Positions 11,871-24,610 of a DNA stretch of 64,000 nt are shown in pieces; the first letter of the stretch is position 1, and the number at the start of each line of letters is the position of its first letter. Below the pieces are notes generated by a model. That model was not told the DNA's origin, made no database searches, and worked only from the letters and a program-made list of their open reading frames with translations. This DNA comes from Eremomyces bilateralis CBS 781.70 (taxonomy: Eukaryota), in assembly GCA_010015585.1 (NCBI GenBank), contig ML975149.1. One strand, written 5' to 3'. The position numbers and the translations under genes are program-made.

Positions 11871-12257
11871 GGGCCGACAAAATCACACGACACTCACATT
11901 ACCCATCCGAAGCGAGCTTTCCGACACGAGTTTTCTCCCCTTACATATCTCATCACCCCTTTACGAACCGTAGGCCGCCCGGATGGTACTGTCAGAAGAT
12001 TTCAGTAGACTTCGGTCCTGGTTTCTGTGAAAGTCGCTAACCTTCGTAAAGGGGTTGATTAGGGATTGGAAGAAGTGGAACCGAGGAACAGGGATTCTGG
12101 ATTGGGTTCGATGGTGATCCGTTTTATGCATGCTGGACGGTACTTCTGGGGGCACCCGTGAGGGAAGGTGCCCTCAGATTTTAGACAATACCGTATCCAG
12201 CTTTTCTTCATTTGCTTTTTTGCTTTACTTTGCGTGCGATAATTTTCATGGTGATGG

Positions 12258-12292
12258 TTTTGCGTTTGCGCGTTTGCGCGTTTGCGCGTTTG
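12258..12292. repeat. (TTTGCGCG)n short tandem repeat downstream of CHD1
   Basis: tttgcg tttgcgcg tttgcgcg tttgcgcg tttg. Confidence 0.75.
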
Positions 12293-12954
12293 ATTTTCTT
12301 CGGACCCGTGTTGGTTTTCCAGTTTAATTGCGTTTCACAACTGCCTTCATATCGTAAGGGCGATGGCATTCGGCGTTTGAGATGACACATGGGGAATCAC
12401 AGCATTGCATTTGCATAGCGACGGTGTCCTATCGGCATTCGGCCGCGCACGAGGCATTCGGAATGGTCCCACTGGGTCATGGGCATGGCCCTCGTGGCGC
12501 TTTCTTGCCTCCAGCGGTTCCATATGGCGGACATGAGGCCACATCATGATGAGATACACCTTGCTGCGTTTTGTACATTAGACATTACATGTTCCCCGAT
12601 CGAGGGACGAAAAGCGACGGGATTACACATAGTGCATGCTGGGAATGGCATGGGTCGGCACCATGCCGTACATAGATCCCGATAGCGGAATCCCGGAATG
12701 GAAAACTTAAACAACTTGATGGTCTCCTTGACTCTGCATTGTAGTTTAGATTCCTTGGGAATGGTTCTAAGAGATCGCGATGATCCCGTAAACGCACGTG
12801 ATTACTAGTTCTAACCCGGGAATAACGGTAATTACTTTCTCGTTGCATTGGTGATACGGCACAATGCCAGCAACGGCCAGAGCGTTTGACCGGCACCGGA
12901 CCATCCGAATGCTTTTTATTTCGGCATCAGTTATTTACCGTTTGCCAATGGCTA

Positions 12955-12960
12955 CCTCGG
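12955..12960. promoter_or_regulatory. Candidate FarA/FarB site (CCTCGG) about 270 bp upstream of the acyl-CoA dehydrogenase
   Basis: Exact match to the known Far core motif; a 6-mer, so supported mainly by context. Confidence 0.45.
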
Positions 12961-13225
12961 TGTGGACTCCGGCCGCACGTGTGGCGGCCCTGGCAGAATG
13001 TTCAAGTCTTCAGAGATCATCGGTTAAGGGAACAGGAAACCCCCGCTTCCGGGCAGCGGAATAAGCGCGGCTCCAAAGGCGTGGAAATTATATTTCTGAT
13101 TCGGATCCGTCTCTCTTTGAATCCGTGAAGGTCATATACGAGAACCACCCTCGCCCTCACCATATCACCAGTCCATTCGACATCTCACGCCTTCCGAGAC
13201 CCCTTTCCACGCGACATCCCTCACA

Positions 13226-14728
13226 ATGACCTCCGCGCAGACCCCGATCCCCTTCGCCGAGCCGCCATGGTTGAACGGCCTGCCGTCTCCATACTACAAT
13301 GAGAGTCACAGGAGATGGCAGAAGGCATGCCGGGCGTTCATCTCGGAGCACCTGCTGAAGAACGCGATGGAGTGGGAGCGGGAGGAGACGGTCCCGGAGC
13401 ATGTGTTCGGGCAGTTCGCGGAGGGCCTGATGCTGATCCCCTGCCTCCCTGCTCCGCTGCCAGTGGAGTGGTTGAAGAGCCTGGGGATCCACGAGTTGCC
13501 TGGTGGCGTCAAGGTGGAGGAGTTCGACTACATTCACTCGGCGATTTATGGCGACGAGGTATGCTACCTACCCTGGTATTGGGAAGAGTTGGAAGCATGA
13601 CAAGAGGTAGCTAACATGTTCTAGATGGCCCGATCCGGCCTCTCCGGCCCGTCCGGCTCCCTGACCACCGGCATGGCCTTTGGCGTTCCCCCCATCATCA
13701 AGTTCGGCAACCGCGCGCTCCAAGAGCGCTACCTCCCCGAGCTGCTCACAGGCAAGAAGCGGACCTGCATCGCCATCACCGAGCCAAGCGCCGGATCCGA
13801 TGTCGCCAACATCCAGACCACCGCGGTCAAGTCAGCATGCGGGAAATTCTTCATCGTCAACGGCACGAAGAAGTGGATCTCCAACGGCATCTGGTCGGAT
13901 TACTCCAGCATGGCCGTCCGCACGGGCGGGCCAGGTCCGTCGGGGCTGAGCATGTTGGTGGTGCCGTTGAAGGGATACCCGGGCGTCACCATGCGGAGGT
14001 TGAAGGTGCAGGGCCAGATTTCGGCCGGAACGACGTTCATCGAGTTGGACGATGTAAAGGTGCCAGTGGAGAACCTGATCGGTGAGGAGGGCATGGGCAT
14101 GAAATACATCATGACCAACTTCAATCACGAGCGGTTGTTGTAAGTGTCTGCACTTCCTCAGGCCAATATCTTGGTGGTTAACGCATTCCATAGCATCGCC
14201 GTCGGCGCTACCCGACAAGCTCGCGTCGCCCTTTCCGCCGCCTTCGAATACGTCATGAAGCGTGAGGCATTCGGCAAGACTCTAATGGAGCAACCTGTTG
14301 TGCGCCACCGCCTGGCAAAGGCGGGTGCCCTGCTCGAGAGCCAGTGGGCCTGGGTTGAGAGCTTCGTCTACCAAATGACGAAGCTGACTAAGGCGGAGGC
14401 CGACGTAGAGTTGGGCGGCTTGACCGCCCTCACCAAAGCGAACTCCGGCATGGTACTCAACGAGTGCGCGCAGTGCGCGATCCTCCTGTTCGGTGGCAAC
14501 GGCTACACGAGGACGGGGATGGGTGAGATTGCGGAGAGGATGTACCGTGAGGTTCCCGGTGTTAGGTAAGCCGCTTCGTTCATTCTGACGTGAGAGGATG
14601 GATGTTAACTACGATTCAGGATTCCCGGTGGCTCGGAGGACGTCATGCTCGACCTTGCTATTCGCCAGCTCGTGAAGAACTACAAGGCCAAGACGAAGGC
14701 GTTGGAGAGTGAGGGCTCGAAGCTTTGA
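13226..14728 (+). CDS. Acyl-CoA dehydrogenase, predicted peroxisomal (PTS1 SKL)
   Basis: CIAITEPSAGSDVA, NGTKKWISNG, NFNHER, REAFGK, LFGGNGY, IPGGSEDVM; 3 introns; ends ESEGSKL-TGA. Confidence 0.93.
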
Positions 14729-17700
14729 GTGGGTGACTAGCAGGACAACATGATCGGTCTCGTTGAGACCATGGTACAATATATTGTATAGCATCTCCGT
14801 CGACATCGGCTTTTGGCGCATTTACACATCACACTCTGCAACTTCAGCGTCTCTATTGTCTGGATTTCGAGCGCATGGATTTCCAGCGACCACAAAATCT
14901 GCATTACCGTTCGATCTACAACCGGCGTCAATTGCTCGTCATGATGTTCTCTGCCTACCATCTTGGGGGCTTTGACGGAGAGATCATCAACTTCAAGTGT
15001 AGCGTGATCACGGCCTTGCATTCTGCAATCACCAGAACCTCGAGATCACATTTCCATCCAGATTTGACACGAGTGACCAACATTGCGCCTCTGCCCAAGT
15101 TCGACCTCGCCCCTCCCTCCAACACCAACTTCCGTGAGTCGTCACTCGTCACTCGTCACCCTAGCCCATACCCTTGTCAACTGAGTAGTTCTGTTCGTGT
15201 CAGTTCCCACACTTCCCAACCAGCTGACGGCGCCTCTCGGCAACGGCACTTTTCGGCGCTTTTTGTCGAAAACACCCTGTTCAGGCCTTCGAAGCTAGTG
15301 GATGCAGAGTGCAGGGCCACACGAGCTTCTTACTCGGGCCTTTTACACAACAACTGATTCGATTGGGCTGGCGAAAAAAGGCGATCAGTTGGCTGGTGTA
15401 CCAGTGCCCCGCAACGTGGCGGGATGAAGGATTGTGGGGTAATGGGAGGTGAACTGGGGGCAGGGGTAGGGAACGGAGGTTTTACCACGTTGGGAGTTGA
15501 GAGGCACTGGAGGCCTGCTAAGGTTCTCGTACGGTTGTACGGAGCAGGGAATTGATGCGGATTGCAGAGGTTCTAAACTTTAAGGGAAGAGAGGCTAACT
15601 TGGATACGAATTATGTCTTCAGTCAAGTTGCACCAGATCGGGTGCTCTCTGCCAGGCCTTCTCGAGGGGATATGAAAATTCGTTGAGACAGGCCATTCAT
15701 ACTAGGAGAGGTCTCGACTATTGTCTATTGGGCACAAGTACGGAGTAGACTTGACGGAATACAATCCAGGAGTGGGTAAGTAGGCGGGTACTCGCCCTCC
15801 GATGTCGTCTCTACTATGGTAGGAAATAAACCTATTCCCACCTCCAAACCCCAGGTTCTAACTATCTCTAGGATCCATGATAAAATCCGGGGAATACACC
15901 AGTTTAGATCCCTTCCTGGTTCCTGCCCAAACTCACCCAAGGGGCCAAGTCTCAAAAACCAAAGTCCAAAGTCCCGCAACAAACATCCAGGACCGATACG
16001 ACATCGTGTGCCGTGAACTCCGGAGTGGAGCGCTTTAGAGCAGTGGTCGCGCTCTTCCCTGTTTCCCCAAGATGTCCAAGCGACGGCGGGATGGCGAGAT
16101 GCGCGCAATCCTTAGTGCGACATGATCAGCCTGTCAAACGAAGCGTCTCTTTACTTAGCAAAACTGCACTGAGCCGCTACTACTCCACTGCGGCTGCGCA
16201 AGCGTTTGACCTACGAAAAGTCCTCATGAACTATTGGTTGGCAAAAGCGCTCCTCGATTGAATAATGAATCAAGATGCTCGAGTCGGGCGATTAGCTTGA
16301 TAGCTTTCCAGTAAGCGAACGCGGGGCCCCAGCAATGGCCAGTATGGACCTAGATTTTCCACTAGTCTCCTGGCTAACCAGATAACCAGAGGCAAGAAAC
16401 GTCAGCCGTCCCTGTCGCGTGTGTGGCTGGTTTCTGTCGTGCCTTAGCCTCACGAACCGCCTTCTCCTTGGCAGCGTGGTCCCTCCATCTCCCCACTGGT
16501 TCGAGACCGTATGTGGAGAGGCTGGAGCAATTCCAAGGCAGAAGATCAGAAGTGTATCGCCGTTTGTGGAGAAACTGGGGATAGTGAGCTTCGTGACTCT
16601 GAAAAACACGGGAGGGAGTGGCGAGCTGGCGATGGAAATGAGACGGACACAACGAACGGTGGGGAACTGGAGATGAGGCTGACTTGGGAACCCGCTCTTT
16701 AGGAGGCGAAGAATCAATGATTGACTCGCTAACTACTTCCCACGTTCCATCGCTTCGTGGAGACGTGGGAATTGGAAATAATTAGATTACTAGAGGGTCC
16801 ATCTCGATATTCATATTCCCGTCCAATTCCCAGGACCAGACGGCGACGGTGAGTGTCAAACTCAGCAGACATAGAGTGTCATGAAGACTGGAGAAGTGTG
16901 ACGGGAGAAGACCAACACGAAATTGAATGATCAGTGAGGTCACGTGCTCGGAGAAAAGTCGGCAGCGCCAAGGCCGTTCTCATCAATCAACCATTCTGCT
17001 CTTCAGTTGTGCAACAATAATTAGTGTGCCATGCCAGGCAATAATGCGGCGAATTTTGGGTTGATCTAAGGGTTGAGGAACATGAGCATATTAGAGCATG
17101 CTTGTTGAGAATGATACTCTTCGAATTCAAAGTGAAACGACATCTCAATTTGTAAACTTCTGTTCGACTTCCTACCTACATTATCAACCATCATCATCTG
17201 CTCCAACCTTGAGTCTCATATACAACTGGCGAATCCAGGCCAAAATTCACCCGTCGATCTCAATAGTTAGGGGGGCTCAGAGTGAGCTTGTTGCTGATTT
17301 CACGCGCCCCTTTCATTTCTCTCCACCTGACGGTCGCCATTGCGGGATATGAGCCAAGCTGGAAGTCGGCACGAACTCCCCCCATGTAGCCATGCACGAG
17401 TCCTATTCGATACGAAGACAATCAGGCCGGAGTCGGCAACCCGCTGTGGCGCTCTGAGGCCTTTTTGGTGCCGTAAAGCCGGCCGATGGACCATTCAGGA
17501 ACTCCTTTCGTCCGATACGCTGGTGCCACGCCGTCATGAACGGTCTTCTCCAGGATAGACCTTTCTTTGGAATCGCGGGGTCCTAGTAGGTAATGGCGTT
17601 ATTTTCAACCCAGTTGTCTCCGCCGTGAACAATTGGATGGTTGTCAGTCATCATCGTTCTGCTCGAGACACAATTACTTGGGTACATTTGCAAAGCTAAA

Positions 17701-18813
17701 TCTTTCTTATCCAACTCTCGGGATAGCGAGCTGGTTCATCAGATTGAACCGCAATTTCGGTCGGGACTGGCGGCTGGTTTTGGGCCGGTTTCAAATATCA
17801 CAAACTGAACAACAAACTGAACAACTGGGTCGGATTTGAATCCACCCTGCCGGCATCACGGCATTTTGGCCGTCCGCAATGATGAGATCCATGGTACTTC
17901 CCGTTTACCTCGACTGGCCAACGACAGAGATGAAATTCCGTATTACGGTGTATTCTGGATTACTAGGCCAAATATTTGGCAGCATCTCGGGACTTCCGGC
18001 CTGCTCAGGGAACAGGACAAATTCACAGCCTAATAATCTAAACGCTAACAAAATGCTATGCAGCCAATTTCATCGAATAGAGTCGACATTCCCTTGATAT
18101 GAAGGCCTAATTAGGCCCAATCTGTGTCAACTGCATTAGATATCTAAGGGATCGTCTTGTGAACGAAATTCGTTCTACACTTCTACCTAGTCGAATACGA
18201 CTCCTGGTGCAGCGTATCAGCCCTGCATTCTAGATTAAGTCAATCTACCCCTATACTAGGCGGCGTTATTGCCTCTCATCTGTCCTTGCCTCCCTTATGC
18301 TTCTATTTCGCCATCCACATGTCACATATACCTGCCTACATTATAATACCAAGTCATATCACCATGAGGCGAACTCGGGAGCATGTGAACCTTTGTCTTC
18401 GGCACGGAGGCGGACTGAGGAAATCAAGAAGTCGGAAATCATCTTCCGAAGCCATCCGAGCAGGGGTCACTGAGGCATGCAGACGACTGTTCTGACCGAA
18501 ACACGAACCAACAAACACTGAGCGTCAACTGTCAAGGAAGCGAAATTTCCCTCGTGCCGCTCACTACCGTGGGTTGTGTGGGGAGTTTGGGGGATTTGTC
18601 TAGTTGGGGTGGATTATTGGGGAGGCTTTGCGGCGCTCGGGATGGCACCGATTCCGTTAATCCGGGGCGTGACCCTAAAGGAGCCAAACTTCTAATACGG
18701 AGGGGCAACCACCCGCAAAACCCTCCCCAAATCCCAATGCCCATGCCCCCGCAGAGCGACTTTTGCTAGTTTGGCTGGTCTGAGGTTTCTTAGTTCGGCA
18801 TCCAACTGGGGCT

Positions 18814-18819
18814 CCGAGG
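18814..18819. promoter_or_regulatory. Candidate Far site (CCGAGG) upstream of farB
   Basis: Exact core motif about 410 bp upstream of ATG 19232; short motif. Confidence 0.35.
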
Positions 18820-19231
18820 GGCACATGATTGAGTTTTTTTGGAGACTTGTCGTTAGGAGGCCGACGTACGCCGTGGCCGAAGATTCTTAAGCGCAATGCC
18901 GCAATCGTCGCAGACCCTGATGATTTGCGGGGCCCCGACTCCAGTGATGTGAAGTAACCTGTTCCCTCGAACGGGCGGACCTGGATAGCGCTCCAGAGGC
19001 CCAGACAGAACGAACATGCGTCTACGCTGGGCCTACTAAAGATCGTGCATCCCCCTGCTTCCCCGTACTTTGTTAGAGACGTTGGATTTTCTGAATCGAC
19101 CCAAAGCCATTTGCCTGAGGGATTGATATACATATACATCTTGTTAGCCCCTCCGCACGTTTGGGATCTGGGAAGCAATCATCTTACCCCTCCCTCTTTT
19201 CTCTTAGTTCTAGTCTTCAAGGCCTACAACC

Positions 19232-22200
19232 ATGGTCGATAGTCCTTCCAGCTCCTCAGACGTGCCAGATATCCAGATGGCTACTCAGCCACCTGCTCAG
19301 AAACGAAAAGTTTCGCAAGCAGGTCTAGATGGCACGACTCAACCTCGATCCGTCAAACGACGAGCCTCGAAAGCATGCCAGTGCTGTAGGTCGCGAAAGG
19401 TTCGGTGCAATGTCACGGAGCACGGCGCACCTTGCACCAATTGTCGCCTGGACGAGGTCGAGTGCATTGTGTCGGAGAGTCGGAGAAAAAAGTGAGTACG
19501 ATCCGATCATTTTTTGGGATTTGTTATCCATTCCGAAGCACGCCCTTGTCCGGCTCCTTTCGGCCGTTTTTCTTGGTGTTCATCTCCTGGGTTCGTTCTC
19601 GTTCAACGGCAAATTCCACGCCATCTATACAAATTTGTTCCAAGGAGTATTTTTCCTCAAGGACCACTCTATGCTTCTAGAATGCATGTCGCACGGATGC
19701 AATTAATTCCCATCCTTACTTGCGGTGTTTGTTCTCGATTGCATACATGATCAATCTCTCCCTCCTCGACCAAGCTGACAGGTGATTCGCAGGAAATGGA
19801 GCAAGGATGACGGCACGCAGGGGACAGTCGAAGCGAATGCCTCGGCTCAGAATAACAGCAACGCCAACCTCAGTTCACGGAGATTGGAGTCGCGCAATGT
19901 TGCTGATGGGCTCCAAAATCTGCCAAATCTGACCAATCTGCCGGCCGCTTCAGGTACATGCGGGTCACATGACCAGGAGAATGGCGATGAACATGTACCA
20001 CATTCGATCTGTAAGTGGTCTCCAATATTCTGTAACGCCTGAGATATATCGATCAATGCGTCTCGGGGCTGGTCCCCGGGTGGGAATAGGTGGCTGCTTG
20101 GACCGAGATATCTGCAGATATCTACAGATATACTCCTCGCTGTCACCATTCCTTTGGCATCATGGGATGAATTCACGACCTTCATTGGACCATTTTACTG
20201 ACCATGATGTCCTTCTTTACAGACCAGACCACTTCTCAGCGGATCAACTTGACAATGCAGGCCATGAACCGCCGCATGTCCATGAACACTCAAACAACAC
20301 CGTTCCCTATCATGGGTCAATCCCCGATGGCCAATGACAACACTCCTTTCTTCTCCGGCATGGCCAATCCTCACATGGCCGCACCGAACATTCCTTATTT
20401 CATCAAGCCACTCCCACCGCGGATTGGACCCGATGAGGTGGCTTACCTTGAGAAGAAGGGTGCCCTCACGGTCCCGACAGGAACGCTCAGAAACGAGCTC
20501 CTTAAGGCTTATATCGACTATGTACATCCGTATATGCCCTTGCTTGACCTGTACGACTTTGTCATGATCGTGGAGAGTGGGAATGGCACCCTTGGGCGGA
20601 TCAGCTTGATACTGTTCCAAGCGGTCATGTTCGCAGGCTGTGGTTTCGTCGACATGAATCACCTTCACGCAGCTGGTTACCTGACCAGAAAAGAAGCACG
20701 AAGGGACTTCTTCCAAAAGACCAGGGTATGTAACCATCATCGGACCGTATTATTGCCCAGCTAATGGTTTCAATAGCTCTTGTACGATTTTGATTACGAG
20801 TCAGATCGTGTGTCGCTCGTCCAAGCACTGCTTCTGCTCACGTATTATTACGAGACCCCCGATGACCAGAAGGACACGTGGCACTGGATGGGCGTTGCGA
20901 CAGCCGTTGCTCACACCATCGGCCTTCATCGAAACCCCGAACGGTCGAACATGGATTCCAAGCGAACGAAGCTATGGAAGCGAATTTGGTGGTCCACTTA
21001 CATGCGTGATCGCCTCATCGCTCTTGGGATGCGTCGCCCGACGCGCATCAAGAGTGAAGACTTTAACGTGCCGATGCTCACCCTCGATGACTTCGAGTGC
21101 GTTCCGATCCCCGAGAGCGTGACTTGCGTCAGCTCGGATTGCTTGGTTGCCCGCGATGTTGAGAGGCAGCGCCAATTGGCGGTCATGTGCATTGAGAAGG
21201 CCAAACTGTGCCTCTGCATCTCGCATGTGCTCAGCAAGCAGTACTGTGTCCTCAACAACAACCAAGGCCTTGTCAATGATCGAACCACCATGATGCTCCT
21301 ACCCAAGAAATTGGATCCAGAGACATCGGAGGTCCGAATCTGCGATGATGAGTTGCAAGCCTGGTATGACGGTCTTCCTCCGGAAGCTCAATACCACGAA
21401 GGCTCGAGCGGCAATGACTCAATCGATCTCAACAAGAGCTTGCTGCACATGGTGTTCTTCACCACCCTTTCTGCTCTTCACCGACCGCAAGTTCTGCCCT
21501 CCACGCCGTCAAGTTCGCCGAGTAGCCCAGCGGGTTCCGAGCTGCTTGACCGGTCCCGCACCAGCGTGCGTCGGGCAGCCACCGCCATCACGGCGATCGC
21601 CCAGCAGCTCGACAAGCAAAACCTTGTCCGCTTCCTACCGACGACCGGCGTGACGGTCCTCCTCCCTGCCATCATCATCCACCTCCTCGACATCAAATGC
21701 CCCAACGAAGAGACCCGCAAAGCTAGCCTCCGCGGATTCTGCCAATGCATGCACGTTATGGGCAAACTACGCGAGCTGTACGCCGCCGCGGACTACAGCA
21801 CCGCCTTCTTGGAAGCCGCGATCCGCAAGGCCGGCATCCAGATTGGTCCCGCCAATGCCGTCTCCTCCCCTCAGATCACCAAACACGGCAAGCAGCGCTC
21901 CAAACCTGCCACCGTCGCCGACCTCGTCTCCGCCAGTCGCTCCCTCGACGGCCTCATCTCCACCGCCCCTTCCACTACCCCCCTAAATCTCGGCACCATG
22001 GCCGCCACCGCGTCCGCCCGCACCCTCACTCCACCACCCGATCCCGCCACCCTCTCCCCCGGCCATCAGGCCATGCGCGTCCCAGCCGTCCCTGGCACCA
22101 TCTCCGACCCCGCGCAGTCCCTCACCGACACGTCCGGGATCCCCGACGAGGAGGTGGCGCGGCGACTGGAGACGTTCCTGGCGAGCACGCCGCCGGGATC

Positions 22201-22579
22201 GCACACGAGCGAGTCGGGCGCACACGCGGCGGTGCCGGCGAGTGGTGATAGCTCGTACGGGTCGCATGATGACGACGTGATGATGATGGATGTCATGGGC
22301 GCGAAGGGTGCGAAGTTGGCCCCTGTCGGCGCGGGCCTGGATGGGTTCCGCGAGCTGAGTGCGAATCTGAAGTTGGATGACCTGACTGGGAAGGATGGCG
22401 AGGCGCTGATGTTGTGGGGTGCCGGTGGAGTACCGGAGTTTGAAGGCGATGATGCCGGTGCGTTTGAGAGCTTGTTGGATTGGGAGGGTGTCGCCGGGGG
22501 AGATATGGGGGAGTTGAAGTGGGATGAGTTGGATGGCGCTGGAAACGATATTTGGGTCACTGGAGGGCTACTGCCCTGA
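19232..22579 (+). CDS. farB: Zn(II)2Cys6 transcription factor, FarB/cutinase transcription factor 1-beta type
   Basis: RASKACQCCRSRKVRCNVTEHGAPCTNCRLDEVEC binuclear cluster; fungal TF middle domain (YETPDDQKDTWHWMG, KLWKRIWWSTYMRDR); 3 introns. Confidence 0.88.
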
Positions 22580-23066
22580 GTCTGCTTGGTAACGACGGAT
22601 CGATACGATTTTGCTATGGGAGGTTGGTGTTAGAAAAGTGCATTTTACATATCTGGATTAGGGCGCTTCATTGCTTGTCTTCACGACATCAGACACGGCC
22701 GTCGAAACGATTTAGATATGGCTCAGATACGTTTTCACAAATGAAATAAATGTTAATAAAAAAATATGCGCACATCGTCCACTGAATTATAGGAATAGAA
22801 ACGAATTCAAGAGTCCGCTTGAATTGGTTCGGTGCGAGCTGGCCTCCGCTCAAGCACATCGTACGTCCCCAAACACCCCAAGACTTTTGCTACGGCAAAG
22901 CTCGTGGCCTACTCTTATTATACATCATAAAAACCGCGTGTGTTGAGCTCGCAGTGTTGCATCTCTCCTTCGTCCGGATGTTTAATCCGAAAGTACACAA
23001 AAAGCTTCGCTATATAAAAGGCCAAAAATCACAAGAGTCCGCCCCGTGGTATGATGACCACCTACC

Positions 23067-24610
23067 TTACTCTTCCTCTTGCCAACGCCGTTCCCTCAGG
23101 CTATCCGCCTTGCCCCGGCCCTCCACCGTCGGATACGCTGACTTCTTCCAATCCCAATACTCCTGCAATCGTACGATTGCATACTCCGCGTAGTCGAAAT
23201 CGATCTGGGAGATCTGCGCTTGGATCAGCGCCCAAATGCCCCAGTAGAAGCCCGGCAGGCCTCGGAAGAGGTCGACTTCCTGCGTGAGCCGGTCCAGCTC
23301 CTCCTCCGGATTGGTTTGCGCGTCGGCGGCGACGCTCGCGCCGGGGGAGAATGCGCGGACGGAGGTGAGATAGGACCGAAGGAAGTCGCGGCGTTGACGG
23401 CGCGTGGGGAGGACGGAGTAATCGCAGTCGAATCCACCCCATTCGGCAAAATGGTTCGCAAGGTCGAATGACGCCGGCGCCGGCGTGGCGTATTCGTAGT
23501 CAATGAATGTGACGTGGGTATCTCGCAGCTCGTCGATGGTTTCCTCCGGGACTGCAGCTGAAACGTGGGTGGGCGCAGAGGAGGACGTCGATTTAGGGGT
23601 GGATGACGGGGACGTGCTACGGCTATCGGTTGATGATCGGGTCGTCGAACTCGGGCCGGTTGCAATGGAGGAAACACCCTTCGGCAAGACGATCACATTC
23701 CCGGAGAGGAGGTCACAATGGGCGAAAACCAAGGGCCGGAACTGGCCAAATGTCTCTACCAACCAGGCCAGCTCTCGCTGCAATGCCGTTCTTTGCGTAC
23801 AATCTTCCTCCTTGTGGCATGGTAGCGCAGTTACCCAGCCTTGTAGCACAGTCCAAAGATTTGGGGTTGGCGCATCGAGGATATTTGCATGGTCGTTCAC
23901 TAAACGATCAAACGGGGAGGCAGCTCTTTCGGTATTCGTGCCTGGCTTTGCGGAACCGTTCAGAGATTTGTTTATTGAAAGAGCGCTGCTCGCTGGAGGA
24001 ACTGGAAGCTTCGTGTGCCATTCTGCTAAGCGACGTGCAACGGCGTGATAAACGGGAGGTTTCCGAAGATCGGCTGGCGAGCAGACCGTTCCAATGATGA
24101 ATCGGTATAAGAGACCGTTAGAGAATCGAGCAAGGAGAGCGGGTGCGAGAGAGTGGTCGGCGAGTAGGGAGTGGGACAGAAGTTCCCCTATTGCATCGTT
24201 AGTCGGTTTCGGGCGGAGATAGCGATAGACCAACTATTTCGGTCAATTAAGATGTCCGTTCCCTCTCCATATGCTCGGAGAAGAATGGCTTCCGAATCAA
24301 CCTCTGATGATGATAAGCCCGGTTTTAGCTTGATCGCTTTCATTAGCTGTACCACACACCAGGAGTTAGCCTCCTGCCCTCCATAAATTCAACAATGCCT
24401 TCCAAGGAATTCGGACTTGACGCGGGTTTTGTGATCACTAACCGTATTTGTTATGCCGTCCGTGAAGCGGACGAACTCTAACTTCCCATCTTCACCGTCC
24501 CATTCTGGCCGTAAAGCATGAATGAGTGCTCTTGCGGTCTCGTCGCTCTCCTGGGCGGTTGAATTTCTGTACGACAAGGGTATAAACGGAACGCGCGTTT
24601 TCGAAGCCAT
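23067..24610 (-). CDS. EKI1: Ethanolamine/choline kinase
   Basis: RFTDGITNT, FAHCDLLSGNVI (Brenner motif), FIDYEY, FDLANHFAEWGG; one intron at about 24339-24441. Confidence 0.9.
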
